DNA of 64,000 nucleotides, taken from positions 8,610 through 72,609 of the forward strand of contig CAJTWN010000008.1 in assembly GCA_910580105.1 (NCBI GenBank), in the 5' to 3' direction. Positions 33,673 through 44,500 of the stretch are shown in pieces. Source of the stretch: an uncultured Clostridia bacterium (lineage in GTDB: Bacteria; Bacillota; Clostridia; Monoglobales; Monoglobaceae). The notes below the pieces were generated by a model. It searched no databases. It was given only the letters and a program-made list of their open reading frames with translations, and was not told the DNA's origin. Both the position numbers and the translations under genes were made by a program. How positions within the stretch are numbered: position 1 is the stretch's first letter; the number at the start of each line of letters is the position of its first letter.

Positions 33673-33706
33673 AGACAGCCATTCATATGCGGCTGTCTTT
33701 TTTATT
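33673..33706 (+). terminator. rho-independent terminator
   Basis: AGACAGCC/GGCTGTCT stem followed by TTTTTATT. Confidence 0.7.
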
Positions 33707-33851
33707 AAAAAATTTTCTCTTTTTTTGAATTAATAAGAAACGCAATGATTGCTTGGTTTTATTTTATTAACATATTTCACTAACTTTTAATTTCCCAGAC
33801 TTGACATAGAGGCTTACAATTGATACCATAGCTAGAAAAGGAGATGATTTC

Positions 33852-34997
33852 TTGAATCCATTAAAATCCTGCCTGGGCGGAAAATTACTTAAACCGGAAA
33901 AAGATGAAGTTACAGGCGTTATATCTTACAAATTATACAATCCCGATAATCGAATACAGCAAAACTTTTATTTCACATCTGTAAGCATGTCTTCAGATGA
34001 TAGATTCCTTATCTATATCTCCTCAACACCTGACGACAAGAAACAAAATCTTTGGATTGCAGACTTTCAATTAGAAGAAACAAGACCTCTGACAACAAAA
34101 GGATTTGATGTCGAGTCCTGTGTTTTGGATGAAAAAAGGGGCAAGGTATGGTACGCAAGAGACGGCGTATGTTATGGCGTAAACATCGAAGACAAGACCG
34201 TTGGCCGGGAGGAAAAGCTGTTTGAATTCCCTGCTGAAATTTCAAATGGCCGACCTGTAAAAACCTTCAGCAACCATCTTTCTTTTAACGGAGAAAACAA
34301 TCGGGTCGCATACAGCGGAAATGTAGGAAAATACTGGTATGTGGGCTATTATGACCTTGAAACAAAGCAGCACACAATTTTTCACAAATCCATCGGAAAA
34401 GCAACACATGTACAATATGCACCTGACAACAGCAACAGAATTTTATTTTGTCACGACTGGTGGCAATCCGAAGAAACCGGCGAAAAACATACCTGGGATC
34501 ACCGTCTTTGGCTGTATGATGATAGCCTGAAAGAGGTAAATCCCATCTACTATCATGAGCATGAAATGGATGTTTCCCACACACCTTTTCATGAATTTTG
34601 GAAAAAGGACGGCGCCTGTATCTATTTATGTGATATTCCGCACGGCGTTGTAAAGCATAACCCGGCAGAACCTGACAAATATGAACTGGTATGGGAAGGA
34701 CGACATGCACATGCGCACTGTGATTCCACCGGAACGCACTTTGTTTCAGATATAAATACCTATGCGTGGGTAGACGGTACACTCAGCAGTATAGCATATT
34801 TTAATAAAGAAACCGGAAAAGAAGGATATATTTCTCTTACCGTCCCACCGGCAATGAAATTTCCCAATAAAGATGGACGTCATTATCACCCGCATCCGCA
34901 TCCGACCTTCTCTCCCTCCGACAGATGGATTATATATGGAAATACCAAACATTCACAGATGAATCTAAGCATTGTTGACTGTGAAGACATTTTTTAA
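33852..34997 (+). CDS. oligogalacturonate-lyase-like (PL22-like) beta-propeller protein
   Basis: 381 aa. C-terminal HYHPHPHPTFSPSD motif and overall layout resemble the Ogl family. TTG start with AAGGAG RBS. Own TTGACA-17-TACCAT promoter at about 33800..33828. Confidence 0.55.
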   Translation: MNPLKSCLGGKLLKPEKDEVTGVISYKLYNPDNRIQQNFYFTSVSMSSDDRFLIYISSTPDDKKQNLWIADFQLEETRPLTTKGFDVESCVLDEKRGKVWYARDGVCYGVNIEDKTVGREEKLFEFPAEISNGRPVKTFSNHLSFNGENNRVAYSGNVGKYWYVGYYDLETKQHTIFHKSIGKATHVQYAPDNSNRILFCHDWWQSEETGEKHTWDHRLWLYDDSLKEVNPIYYHEHEMDVSHTPFHEFWKKDGACIYLCDIPHGVVKHNPAEPDKYELVWEGRHAHAHCDSTGTHFVSDINTYAWVDGTLSSIAYFNKETGKEGYISLTVPPAMKFPNKDGRHYHPHPHPTFSPSDRWIIYGNTKHSQMNLSIVDCEDIF

Positions 34998-35073
34998 TTA
35001 ACCGGTATAGTTTATGGTAGCTCATATGCCATAAAATGCCGCACGGATGTATATCGTACGGCATTAATTTATC

Positions 35074-36696
35074 TTATATCAATTTTACATCTTCGTACAC
35101 AGAAGTAATATCAAACAGCATTTTTCTGTTATAGTCTGCCATATAACAAATCCCATCCGCATATTCAAACCGGATTTTCTGCGGATCATTTTCAATCTGA
35201 AACACTTTTCGAAAATATTCATTCCGCAAAAGAGTTGTCACCCTTTTCTGAAACCCCTCCGGACGAACCGGTCTTGAAAATGCCGGCATTGGCCAATTTT
35301 GATTATGTAAAAGGAAATCTTCTACCAATGCCTTCCAAATATGGTCGCCATATTTCTCATAAAGGATCGTATACCAATTCTGTCGTTTTACCTTCCCCAT
35401 ACGAGTCTGTTCCTTATAAAGAGCGCCCAGTTCTTCAAATTTTTCAAATGCCTTTTCTTCTGTCAAAACTGCAATTGTCCTTGCAAAAATCCCACTGTTA
35501 TAAAAAAGCTCCACTGCTTCTTCTATTTCTTTCAGATGTAATATTTCCTGATAAGAAAGCCATTGGGTTGCAATTACCTCATAAGGTGGAAAATCAACAG
35601 CTGTAATCCCTTTAAATTCTTCAATCGGCGTACCGCTGAGCACCTTCAGAAAACCGAGCTGTAACATTTGTGGCCGCAACGCGTAGACATCATTAAAAGA
35701 TTTACGAAAAGACTGCATATCCTCAAAGGGAAGTCCGGCAATCAAGTCCAGATGGATGTGCATATTGCCGGCCTCCACCAGTCTGCGGATATTTCGTTCA
35801 GCCCGCTCCGCATTCCAGCCGCGGCCAACCGACTCCAATGTTTTGGAATTTGTACTTTGCACTCCAATTTCCAGCTGGAACATTCCTTTGGGCGCAGAGG
35901 ACAACAAGAGGATAAATTCATCTGTCAAAATCTGCGGTTCAACTTCCATATGAACACAGGTCTTTTTACTGTGGGCAAGTATAAAACGCACAATTTCTTC
36001 CGCACGTTTTGCATTACAGTTGAATGTCCGGTCAACCAATTTTATAAGCGGTACTTCCATTTCAAAAAAAGTAAGCAGACCCTGCTTTACATATTCCAGC
36101 GGAAAAAAGCGCACCTTATGTTCCGCCGCCGAAAGACAATAAGCACAATTGAACGGACATCCCCTGGAAGTTTCAAAATAAATCAGCTTATTTTTCAGGC
36201 TTTCTATATCCTCCCGGGTATAGGGAAACACCACCGTGTCAAGTTCCATCGGCGGCCGCGGAACAAACTTTCCATTTTGGGTCACAACCCCGGGAATCCC
36301 TTCCAGGCACTTTCCTTCCTGCACTGCCTTTAACAATTCTCCCAGGGTGATCTCCCCCTCTCCATGGAGGATACAGGTAATAAAATCATATTGTAAAAGC
36401 AATTTTTCAGCATTATACCCAGCTTCCGGACCGCCAAGTACAATATGGACATGAGGCAGCGCACACTTTACCATCTGCGCCAATTTCAATGTCATTTCTA
36501 TATTCCAGATATAGCAGGAAAAGCAATAAACCTGCGCATTTCTTTCGCACAATTCCGCATACATATCGCCCAACCGGTCATTGATGCTGAATTCAGCAAG
36601 TTCTATATCAAACTGAGAATTATATGCCTTTAAATATCGGATTGCAAGAGAGGAATGGCTGTATCTTGCATTGATTGCCGTTAACACTGTCTTCAT
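35074..36696 (-). CDS. B12-binding-domain radical SAM protein (DUF4080-type)
   Basis: N-terminal B12-binding-like domain, CxxxCxxC (RGCPFNCAYC), long C-terminal extension. 540 aa. Confidence 0.85.
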   Translation of the reverse strand: MKTVLTAINARYSHSSLAIRYLKAYNSQFDIELAEFSINDRLGDMYAELCERNAQVYCFSCYIWNIEMTLKLAQMVKCALPHVHIVLGGPEAGYNAEKLLLQYDFITCILHGEGEITLGELLKAVQEGKCLEGIPGVVTQNGKFVPRPPMELDTVVFPYTREDIESLKNKLIYFETSRGCPFNCAYCLSAAEHKVRFFPLEYVKQGLLTFFEMEVPLIKLVDRTFNCNAKRAEEIVRFILAHSKKTCVHMEVEPQILTDEFILLLSSAPKGMFQLEIGVQSTNSKTLESVGRGWNAERAERNIRRLVEAGNMHIHLDLIAGLPFEDMQSFRKSFNDVYALRPQMLQLGFLKVLSGTPIEEFKGITAVDFPPYEVIATQWLSYQEILHLKEIEEAVELFYNSGIFARTIAVLTEEKAFEKFEELGALYKEQTRMGKVKRQNWYTILYEKYGDHIWKALVEDFLLHNQNWPMPAFSRPVRPEGFQKRVTTLLRNEYFRKVFQIENDPQKIRFEYADGICYMADYNRKMLFDITSVYEDVKLI

Positions 36697-36902
36697 TTGT
36701 TTTTCTTGCGGGGAAGTTTATGTTCACTTCCATCAACCTCCACAATCCGGACATTTTCCAGCTGAGAACGCAGACTGCTCCGAAACGCTGCAATATATTC
36801 TGCCCGCAGTTCTGCCCGTTCCTTTTCTTCTTCGGGCGTCAGTCCCTCTCCTTTTGCTTTTTTTGCCAAAGCATTGATACGGTCTATTTTATTTTGTTCC
36901 AT
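36693..36902 (-). CDS. DUF896 (UPF0291/YnzC-like) small protein
   Basis: 69 aa. The IDRINALAKKAKGEGLTPEEEKERAELRAEYI pattern is typical of DUF896. Overlaps the radical SAM gene start. Confidence 0.8.
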   Translation of the reverse strand: MEQNKIDRINALAKKAKGEGLTPEEEKERAELRAEYIAAFRSSLRSQLENVRIVEVDGSEHKLPRKKNK

Positions 36903-37013
36903 TCTTCTTCTCCTTTACTTCTTCAAATCCATATTATACATTATACCGTGTTTTACTTTAATTGTAAAGAAAGGAATATTGATTCTGTTCTGCACACGCT
37001 CAATTCAAAATAA

Positions 37014-37047
37014 CATTAAAAACAGGTACCTGTAAAAAGTACCTGTT
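37014..37047 (-). terminator. rho-independent terminator of galE
   Basis: AACAGGTAC/GTACCTGTT stem with a U-run on the minus strand. Confidence 0.7.
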
Positions 37048-37095
37048 CATAAATAATTATAATCAAATAAATTTATGATTCGTTGCCGCAACTCT

Positions 37096-38082
37096 TTATT
37101 CTTCAAAGCCATTCGGGTGACTTTTGTGCCATTCCCAAGCAGAACGAATAATCGTTGCCAAGTCATGATACTGTGGCTTCCAGCCCAGTTCTTTTTTCGC
37201 TTTATCCGAAGACGCAACCAATACTGCCGGATCACCTGCACGGCGCGGTGCAATTTTTGCAGGAATATCAATTCCGGTCACTTTACGGGCCAGTTCCACA
37301 ACCTCTTTTACCGAAAATCCATTGCCGTTTCCAAGATTATAGACAGCACTTTTCCCATCTTTACGCATCTTTTCCAATGCAAGCACATGGGCATCCGCAA
37401 GGTCAGTAACATGGATATAGTCACGAATACAAGTGCCATCCGGTGTCGGATAATCATCGCCAAAAATCTGTACACATTCCCGTTGTCCAAGTGCCGCCTG
37501 CAAAACAATTGGAATTAAGTGACTTTCCGGCTGATGGTCTTCTCCTATTTTACCGCTCATATGTGCTCCGGCAGCATTAAAATACCGAAGCGCCGTATAT
37601 TTTATCCCATAGGCATTGGCAAACCATTTCAGCGCCTTTTCCACCGATAGTTTCGTTTCACCATAGGGATTGGTCGGCTCGGTAGGATCGGTTTCCATAA
37701 TCGGAATATTTCTCGGTTCACCATAAGTAGCCGCGGTAGAGGAAAAGACAATCTTATCCACACCATATTCCTGCATTTTTGTAATCAGGCATAAAGTCGA
37801 AACCACATTGTTATTGTAATACATCAAAGGTTCCGTTACACTTTCACCCACCTGAGAATCAGCCGCAAACTGGATCACGGATTCAATCTCATTTTCCTGA
37901 AAAACCCGATCCATAAACTCGTTGTCTCTAAGATCTCCAATCATCAGCTTGCCGCCAAGCACTGCATCCTTATGTCCTTTTTGCAGATTGTCAACAACAA
38001 CAACCTCCTCGCCTCTGTCCAACAATTCTGCCACCGTATGACTTCCTATATATCCTGCACCACCGCAAACCAAAACTGCCAT
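37096..38082 (-). CDS. galE: UDP-glucose 4-epimerase
   Basis: GGAGYIGSH Rossmann motif, YGETK catalytic motif. 328 aa. Confidence 0.93.
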   Translation of the reverse strand: MAVLVCGGAGYIGSHTVAELLDRGEEVVVVDNLQKGHKDAVLGGKLMIGDLRDNEFMDRVFQENEIESVIQFAADSQVGESVTEPLMYYNNNVVSTLCLITKMQEYGVDKIVFSSTAATYGEPRNIPIMETDPTEPTNPYGETKLSVEKALKWFANAYGIKYTALRYFNAAGAHMSGKIGEDHQPESHLIPIVLQAALGQRECVQIFGDDYPTPDGTCIRDYIHVTDLADAHVLALEKMRKDGKSAVYNLGNGNGFSVKEVVELARKVTGIDIPAKIAPRRAGDPAVLVASSDKAKKELGWKPQYHDLATIIRSAWEWHKSHPNGFEE

Positions 38083-38237
38083 GATGATACCTCCTTTACG
38101 ATTTCTATAAACAGTCTACACCATTCGATAAGCTGCGTCAATAAGAATTTTTCACCTTTTTCATCCCAAAATTTTCACATCTCTTCCTATCTATCTTATG
38201 TAAAAAAGGAAGTGTGCAATGCACACCTCCTATGATA

Positions 38238-40334
38238 TTAATTTTCGTCTTCAACAATACGGCGCAGGTTAATTCTGCCTTTATCATCAATTTCGATGAC
38301 CTCCACCTTTACAGTATCGCCTTCTTTAACCACATCTGTAACCTTTTCCACTCTTCCCTTTGCCAGCTTTGAAATATGAATCAAGCCGTCCTTACCGGGA
38401 AGAATTTCAACAAATGCACCAAAATCCATAATTCTGACAACTTTGCCAACATAAATTTCACCGGCTTCCGGCTCTTTTACAATTGCCTGAATCATTTCAT
38501 ATGCCTTTTCGCCCATTGCCGTATCAACTGCGGCAATAAATACGCGCCCATCCTCTTCAATATCAATTTTCGCGCCGGTTTCTGCTATAATTCCCTGAAT
38601 AACTTTTCCACCGCTGCCAATTACATCTCTGATTTTATCTACCGGAATCGTCATATTGATGATCTTTGGCGCATAAGGGGAAATACTCTCTCTCGGTTCA
38701 GGAATTGCCTTAAGCATAACCTCATCCAGAATGTAATATCTTGCATTTTTGGTTTGTTCCAGCGCCGTTTTGATGATAGCCGGTGTTAAACCGTCCACCT
38801 TTAAATCCATCTGGATTGCCGTTATTCCCTTCTTGGTACCACCGACTTTAAAGTCCATGTCCCCAAAAAAGTCTTCCAGTCCTTGAATATCCACCATGGT
38901 CATAAAGTTATCATCATCCTCAGGATCGGTAATAAGACCAACCGAAATACCTGCAACTGGTGCTTTAATTGGAACACCAGCATCCATGAGCGCAAGGGTA
39001 CTGCCGCAGATACTTGCCTGAGAGGTTGAACCATTCGAACTTAATACCTCCGATACAAGGCGGATAGCATACGGGAATTCATCCTCACTGGGAAGAACCG
39101 GAACCAATGCACGTTCTGCCAATGCACCGTGACCAATTTCACGTCTGCCCGGACCTCTGGACGGACGGGTTTCACCAACACTGTAAGACGGGAAATTATA
39201 ATGATGTAAATATCTTCTGTATTCTTCATTATCAAGTCCGTCAATAATTTTTGCATCGCCCAAAGGACCAAGCGTTGCAACTGTCAAAACCTGTGTCTGC
39301 CCTCTGGTAAAGAGACCGCTTCCGTGTGCTCTCGGAAGAAGTCCTACTTCAGAAGCAAGGGGACGAAGTTCCAGAATACCACGGCCGTCCACCCTCTTTT
39401 TATCATACATCAGCCAGTTGCGGACAACCGTCTTCTGCAATTTATACAAGGCTTCATCAATCTGTTCTTTATATTCTTCCTGCGGATATTTCTCTTCAAA
39501 GTGGTTATAGACATCCTCATAAACCACCAAAAGACGTGCATCGCGCACAGTTTTGTCATCGGTATCCAGAGCTTCTTTCACCTGCTCTTCCGCATATGCA
39601 CGAAGGTCAGCAAACAGCGCTTCATCGACAACCACATGCTCATATTCGAACTTTGGTTTTCCGATTTCATCCTGGATAATTTTGATAAATGCACAGAGTT
39701 TTTTAATCTCTTCATGTGCAAACATAATTGCCTCAAACATTTTATCTTCCGGCACTTCATTTGCTCCGGCTTCTATCATAACAACCTTTTTCTCACTGCC
39801 GGCAACGGTCAGATTAAGATCGCTCTTCTCGCGCTGTTCTTCGGTTGGGTTGATCACCAGCTCTCCGTCAATCATGCCAACATAAACTGCTGCAATCGGG
39901 CCGTTAAAGGGAATATCCGAAACAGATACGGCCACAGAAGATCCAATCATTGCACAGAATTCCGGTGCGTTGTCCTGCTCAACCGACAAAACAGTAGAAA
40001 CAATGGACACGTCATTTCTGAGATCTTTTGGGAACAGAGGACGCATGGGACGGTCGATTACGCGAGCAGTCAGGATCGCGTTTTCTGAAGGACGTCCCTC
40101 TCTTCTGGTAAAACCGCCGGGAATTTTCCCTACCGCATACATTCTCTCTTCATAATCAATACTAAGCGGGAAAAAGTCAATCCCTTCCCGTGGTTTATCT
40201 GACGCTGTCGCCGTTGTCACAACAACGGTATCACCATAGCGAACCAAAACGGCCCCATTGGCAAGACCTGCAACCTTACCAAACTCAAATGACAGCTTTC
40301 TGCCCGCAACTTCTGTCTCATAAATTTTTGACAT
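38238..40334 (-). CDS. pnp: polyribonucleotide nucleotidyltransferase (PNPase)
   Basis: Two RNase PH domains plus KH and S1. 698 aa. Confidence 0.97.
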   Translation of the reverse strand: MSKIYETEVAGRKLSFEFGKVAGLANGAVLVRYGDTVVVTTATASDKPREGIDFFPLSIDYEERMYAVGKIPGGFTRREGRPSENAILTARVIDRPMRPLFPKDLRNDVSIVSTVLSVEQDNAPEFCAMIGSSVAVSVSDIPFNGPIAAVYVGMIDGELVINPTEEQREKSDLNLTVAGSEKKVVMIEAGANEVPEDKMFEAIMFAHEEIKKLCAFIKIIQDEIGKPKFEYEHVVVDEALFADLRAYAEEQVKEALDTDDKTVRDARLLVVYEDVYNHFEEKYPQEEYKEQIDEALYKLQKTVVRNWLMYDKKRVDGRGILELRPLASEVGLLPRAHGSGLFTRGQTQVLTVATLGPLGDAKIIDGLDNEEYRRYLHHYNFPSYSVGETRPSRGPGRREIGHGALAERALVPVLPSEDEFPYAIRLVSEVLSSNGSTSQASICGSTLALMDAGVPIKAPVAGISVGLITDPEDDDNFMTMVDIQGLEDFFGDMDFKVGGTKKGITAIQMDLKVDGLTPAIIKTALEQTKNARYYILDEVMLKAIPEPRESISPYAPKIINMTIPVDKIRDVIGSGGKVIQGIIAETGAKIDIEEDGRVFIAAVDTAMGEKAYEMIQAIVKEPEAGEIYVGKVVRIMDFGAFVEILPGKDGLIHISKLAKGRVEKVTDVVKEGDTVKVEVIEIDDKGRINLRRIVEDEN

Positions 40335-40450
40335 ATTTTTATCCTCCTTATTATTTTATAAAGGGCGGGCTTAGCACTTAAAAAGAGGTATCATCAAAAT
40401 ACATCTTTTTAACTGCTAAAATCCATACCCTTTATTTGCGAATAGTACAA

Positions 40451-40481
40451 AGGGCAACCTATAAAAACACATAGGCTGCCC
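40451..40481 (-). terminator. rpsO-pnp intergenic hairpin (partial terminator or processing site)
   Basis: GGGCAGCCTAT/ATAGGTTGCCC stem followed by only a short U-tract. Confidence 0.5.
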
Positions 40482-40488
40482 ACATTTT

Positions 40489-40752
40489 TTAGTGTCTCAA
40501 ACCGATCTTCTCAACGATTGCACGATACCGGTTAATATCCTTTTTCGCGAGATAGTTAAGAAAATTACGTCTTACACCGACCATTTTAAGAAGACCTCTT
40601 CTGGAGTGATGGTCTTTCTTATGGGTTTTAAGATGTTCGTTCAGATGATCAATTCTGTAAGAAAGAAGTGCAATCTGTACTTCCGGAGAACCTGTATCTC
40701 CTTCGTGTGTTGCATACTTCGCAATGATCTCCTGCTTAATGTCCTTATCCAT
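40489..40752 (-). CDS. rpsO: 30S ribosomal protein S15
   Basis: [13 protein letters not shown] and [16 protein letters not shown] motifs. ATG at 40752 preceded by GGAGGTG. Confidence 0.95.
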   Translation of the reverse strand: MDKDIKQEIIAKYATHEGDTGSPEVQIALLSYRIDHLNEHLKTHKKDHHSRRGLLKMVGVRRNFLNYLAKKDINRYRAIVEKIGLRH

Positions 40753-40875
40753 ATCTTTCACCTCCATAACATATTACCCCCATACAGCTTGGTAGTAGGC
40801 GGTGAATCCTCAGCCCCACAACCTAAGCCATAGGTTGCCAACGGATATATTATCACAAATCCTATAAAGTGTCAA
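40753..40875 (-). promoter_or_regulatory. rpsO promoter (TTGACA-17-TAATAT) and about 88-nt structured leader
   Basis: -35 at 40875..40870 and -10 at 40852..40847. The leader contains the hairpin CAACCTA/TAGGTTG. Confidence 0.4.
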
Positions 40876-41125
40876 GGAAAAAATTCCAGGCCGCTGCCGA
40901 AAAATTTTGTAAAATCTTCTCTGAAGCATACCTTTATACTTTTTTAAAACAACCAGAAGAAGCAAAACTTTGCCGCCTGCTTCCGTCCTATCTGTCTTAT
41001 TATAAAATACCCAACAATCTGTTTTTTACACATACAACGTAAACCACATCATAAAAATTCATAGATAGGTTGCAGAAGTCCACACAATGTGCTATACTGG
41101 ATTTACTTAAGAAAGGAGGGATATA

Positions 41126-41566
41126 ATGTTAAACCAAAAAAGAAGCAGAATATATAAAATCTGGGCGCTTATTACTGCAATCATCTTCTTTGCCGGCGGA
41201 ATTATACTGGGTTTTGTATTCAAAACAACAGAATACACAGGCAGCGGTCTGTTTAGCACCCCAATGGCAGAACAGCATTTTAACTGGTCGCTGATGTTTA
41301 TACTCTGGTTTAGCGCCATTTTACCGGTGTTGTCCCTATACGCAATCTATATCCACCTGGACAATCAGGAACAAATGCTTGTTTATTTAAAATCCATTTG
41401 CCCGGCAGAAATACCAACGGCCGCATATCATCCTGCCAGCAAGCACATTTCCACACAGCAGGCACCGTCCAATACCGTTTGGCAGTGTAAAATCTGCGGA
41501 ACAGAAAATACTGCGGATTCAACTGTATGCAGTAAGTGCGGCTGGAGTGCGCAACCGGAAAAATAA
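41126..41566 (+). CDS. membrane protein with C-terminal RanBP2-type zinc ribbon
   Basis: Two TM helices. WQCKICGTEN...CSKCGW. Confidence 0.55.
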   Translation: MLNQKRSRIYKIWALITAIIFFAGGIILGFVFKTTEYTGSGLFSTPMAEQHFNWSLMFILWFSAILPVLSLYAIYIHLDNQEQMLVYLKSICPAEIPTAAYHPASKHISTQQAPSNTVWQCKICGTENTADSTVCSKCGWSAQPEK

Positions 41567-41581
41567 TGTAAATACTACTAT

Positions 41582-41631
41582 TATCCAAATAGAAAAGGAC
41601 TGCTGCCACGCGGTCTTTTTCTATTTGGATA
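41582..41631. terminator. 15-bp perfect-stem hairpin between convergent genes
   Basis: TATCCAAATAGAAAA...TTTTCTATTTGGATA with a 20-nt loop. No clean U-tract. Confidence 0.5.
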
Positions 41632-41688
41632 ACACAGTTTATATAAATACCGTTAATCTTCGCGCCTGATTCTCTATACATTCATATT

Positions 41689-42231
41689 TCACTGCTCTAT
41701 ATGCACAGAAATATAATTATTCACTTCATTAGCTTTTACCATATAGACATAACGAAAATCTTTCTCCAATCGTACGCACATTTCATCTATTTCCAGTATC
41801 TCCTTTTTGTAACGTCTGTACTGTACACAAAACAAAAGGATGCTCACTCCGCTCAAAAATAAAAACACTGCACTGACATACCATGGCAACCTATAAAAAC
41901 TAATTCCTGCACCCAATACCGCAAAAATACTTCCCAATACAATATACCGCACCTGATATATTTTCATTTTTTCAATACAGGCACAAATTTTGTTTACACG
42001 TCTGCCGCATTTAAACACTATATCTCTGTATTCATACAGTAATTTTCTGAATTCTTGCATCTCTTTCTGATTTTCTATATCAAATTTCTCATTATTTTTT
42101 AAATGTTGAAACGCCGTATTATATATCAATTGATTATATTGATGATATTGTTCGGTAAAATCAATCATATATTTATCTTTTGCATCTTCTATGTTTTTTA
42201 TATTTCTTAAATACCATGAAAACTTATTCAT
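41689..42231 (-). CDS. hypothetical membrane protein
   Basis: Soluble N-terminal half and two C-terminal TM helices. ATG at 42231 preceded by AAGGAGGGAGG. Divergent from the XRE regulator. Confidence 0.5.
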   Translation of the reverse strand: MNKFSWYLRNIKNIEDAKDKYMIDFTEQYHQYNQLIYNTAFQHLKNNEKFDIENQKEMQEFRKLLYEYRDIVFKCGRRVNKICACIEKMKIYQVRYIVLGSIFAVLGAGISFYRLPWYVSAVFLFLSGVSILLFCVQYRRYKKEILEIDEMCVRLEKDFRYVYMVKANEVNNYISVHIEQ

Positions 42232-42349
42232 ATTCCTCCCTCCTTTATATAATTTTATCATGTCGTGTTAAGATTGTCAATATTTATATGCAATTATTGA
42301 TAATTTTAATTCAATTGCTGTATATTAAAATATACACAGAGGTGATCAT

Positions 42350-42643
42350 ATGAATAGATTTTACAATCGTCTGCGGGAACTTAGAGAACGCGAAAGCATC
42401 AGTCAAAATGCACTTGCAAACACGCTTGGAATTACACGTGCTTCAGTAAATGCCTGGGAGATGGGTCTGAGCGCACCAAATGCACAATCACTTGTTATGC
42501 TTGCAAAATATTTTAAAGTATCTATTGACTATCTGCTTGGTTTAGATAACAGCGAATACATTGACATAAGCGCACTTAATTCCACAGAAAAAGAACTTGT
42601 TTGTTCCATGATAAGATATTTGTCATCACTAAAAGAAAATTAA
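42350..42643 (+). CDS. XRE-family helix-turn-helix transcriptional regulator
   Basis: LRELRERESISQNALANTLGITRASVNAWEMG, a classic HTH_3 motif. Confidence 0.8.
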   Translation: MNRFYNRLRELRERESISQNALANTLGITRASVNAWEMGLSAPNAQSLVMLAKYFKVSIDYLLGLDNSEYIDISALNSTEKELVCSMIRYLSSLKEN

Positions 42644-42715
42644 AATAATATCATCAATCACCAGACACCAATAGCCGCATTGAACCTCCCTTTGCTTAAA
42701 ATTATAATAAGATAA

Positions 42716-42743
42716 ATAAGTCCGGCATTTTTGCCGGACTTAT
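42716..42743 (+). terminator. hairpin terminator after the XRE gene
   Basis: ATAAGTCCGGC/GCCGGACTTAT stem with a weak T-tail. Confidence 0.55.
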
Positions 42744-43011
42744 CTTATTGTAAAACGAAAACCACCGTCCGTTCCGATAGGTTTAAAAAGATTTCGCTAT
42801 GCTAAATGCCCTATTATCCAAGCAAAGTGCGGAATCAAATTATATGGTATTTGGAAGCATATTTAATTTTAATGTGGAATAAACAGAAGAAACCATTTCA
42901 ATAGCACATAGGGCAAGCTTTTGAAATAAAAGTAATCCCATCTGCCTATAGGCTCGGCTGGTAAAAAACCATAAGAGAACAATACAAGCCGGCGGTCATA
43001 ATTGCCAATTT

Positions 43012-43647
43012 TTAAAAATCTTTATTGTTATAAATATGTACGGACCACAAATATCCCAATATCTGAACCAGAATACCGCCCGCTAAAGCAAATATCCCCA
43101 TCATCTGCGACCAATCCACCGCAGGCATAAAAGATAAAAGGAGTGGCAAGGTCCCAGCACCAGCGCCTATAAGAAAAACCATAATAATCATCAAAATTAC
43201 CCGGGCTTTTGTTGCATCAAACTTATAGCATATCAATATACTGACCGAAGTAAATAGAGAAGCAATAAAAAAGGAAACGGCAACCAAGGTAAAATCAATC
43301 CCAGCTGTCAGGTGCAAAACCGGTACGAAACGTTCTACTGCCATAAAGATTCCGAAAACAAGAAGAACCGCAGCAAACCCTAAATTCGAGAGAATAAATT
43401 TAGAGCAAATAACTGCCGACCGTTTCACCGGCAGAACTCCAATTAACATATTCGCACGAAACTTTTCATCATTTTGTAAAATACTGCCCGTCACAAGATA
43501 AGATACAAAAATTGCAATGGTCATAAAACCGCCGCTGTTTCCGAAACTTGTACTAAAAACAAAGGAAAAAATAATAATATAGGCAAACCACCAAACAAAT
43601 AGTTTTTTATTGGACATAAAATCCTTATATATCATTTTAAAGGTCAT
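43012..43647 (-). CDS. ABC-2 type transporter permease
   Basis: Six hydrophobic helices. 211 aa. Overlaps the ATPase gene. Confidence 0.75.
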   Translation of the reverse strand: MTFKMIYKDFMSNKKLFVWWFAYIIIFSFVFSTSFGNSGGFMTIAIFVSYLVTGSILQNDEKFRANMLIGVLPVKRSAVICSKFILSNLGFAAVLLVFGIFMAVERFVPVLHLTAGIDFTLVAVSFFIASLFTSVSILICYKFDATKARVILMIIMVFLIGAGAGTLPLLLSFMPAVDWSQMMGIFALAGGILVQILGYLWSVHIYNNKDF

Positions 43648-44500
43648 CGTTTTCTTCCCTCCTGATAAAGTATTTCATAATTTCTTCCACATTAGGACGC
43701 TCGGTAACAAAATCATTAAACATTGGTTTATCCGATTTAGCAATCAATCCACTCACACCAAAACGGCCTTTTTCCATACCGATTAATTTTTGTGCCTGTG
43801 CCGAAGTTGCCTCCCCGCCCTTGGCCAGCAAATATTCATCCAGCAGTGTGTCCCTCGCCTGCTGCATCAGAATCCTTCCGTCTTCCATTACTACAATATA
43901 ATCTGCAATTTTATCAAGATCTGAGGTAATATGTGTAGATAATAAAATGGTTTTTGTTTCATCCTGCATTATGTTTGCAAACAAAGACAAAATTTCATCA
44001 CGTACCATTGGATCCAATCCCGCCGTCGGTTCATCTAATATAAACAAATCCGCCTGATGGGACAAAGCCGCCGCCAAATCCAACTTTACCCGCATTCCTT
44101 TTGACAACTCAGACACTTTTTTCTTTTCATCTATCCCAAAGGTTTGTAAATATTTTTGATATGTATCCGTATCCCAGTAACGATAGAGTTTTCCCAGCAT
44201 CTTACCCACATCCCGAATACGCATATCGCCTGCATAACCATCCGGATCAAGCACAACACCTATCTTCTGCTTAATTTCAGCTCCCTGCTCTTGCATGGAT
44301 TCCCCCATGACAGAAATTTCACCGTCATATCGAATCATTGAAAGTATCGCCTTCATCAGCGTTGTCTTTCCTGCGCCATTCCTCCCAACAATTCCCGTTA
44401 CATATCCCCGCGGAATTTCTAACTGCAAATTTTCCAGTGAAAAATTGTTATATACTTTTGTTAGATTTTTTATTGAAACTGCTGTGATCATATCTCTCAT
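43637..44500 (-). CDS. ABC transporter ATP-binding protein
   Basis: Walker A GRNGAGKTT, signature LSKGM, Walker B LFILDEPT. ATG at 44500 has an AGGAGG RBS and an ATGA overlap with the GntR stop. Confidence 0.9.
   Translation of the reverse strand: MRDMITAVSIKNLTKVYNNFSLENLQLEIPRGYVTGIVGRNGAGKTTLMKAILSMIRYDGEISVMGESMQEQGAEIKQKIGVVLDPDGYAGDMRIRDVGKMLGKLYRYWDTDTYQKYLQTFGIDEKKKVSELSKGMRVKLDLAAALSHQADLFILDEPTAGLDPMVRDEILSLFANIMQDETKTILLSTHITSDLDKIADYIVVMEDGRILMQQARDTLLDEYLLAKGGEATSAQAQKLIGMEKGRFGVSGLIAKSDKPMFNDFVTERPNVEEIMKYFIRREENDDL

Noticed and set aside
40876-41090. About 200 bp of spacer between the divergent rpsO and zinc-ribbon membrane protein promoters; considered for an sRNA.
   Set aside because: Only a weak 6-bp hairpin (GAAGCA…TGCTTC) is present and there is no terminator. 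Evidence is insufficient.
42744-43011. About 270 bp of unassigned DNA between the XRE-gene terminator and the ABC-2 permease gene; considered as a small RNA or gene remnant.
   Set aside because: I could find no convincing promoter/terminator pair, stable hairpin or ORF fragment by eye. It is left unassigned rather than called.
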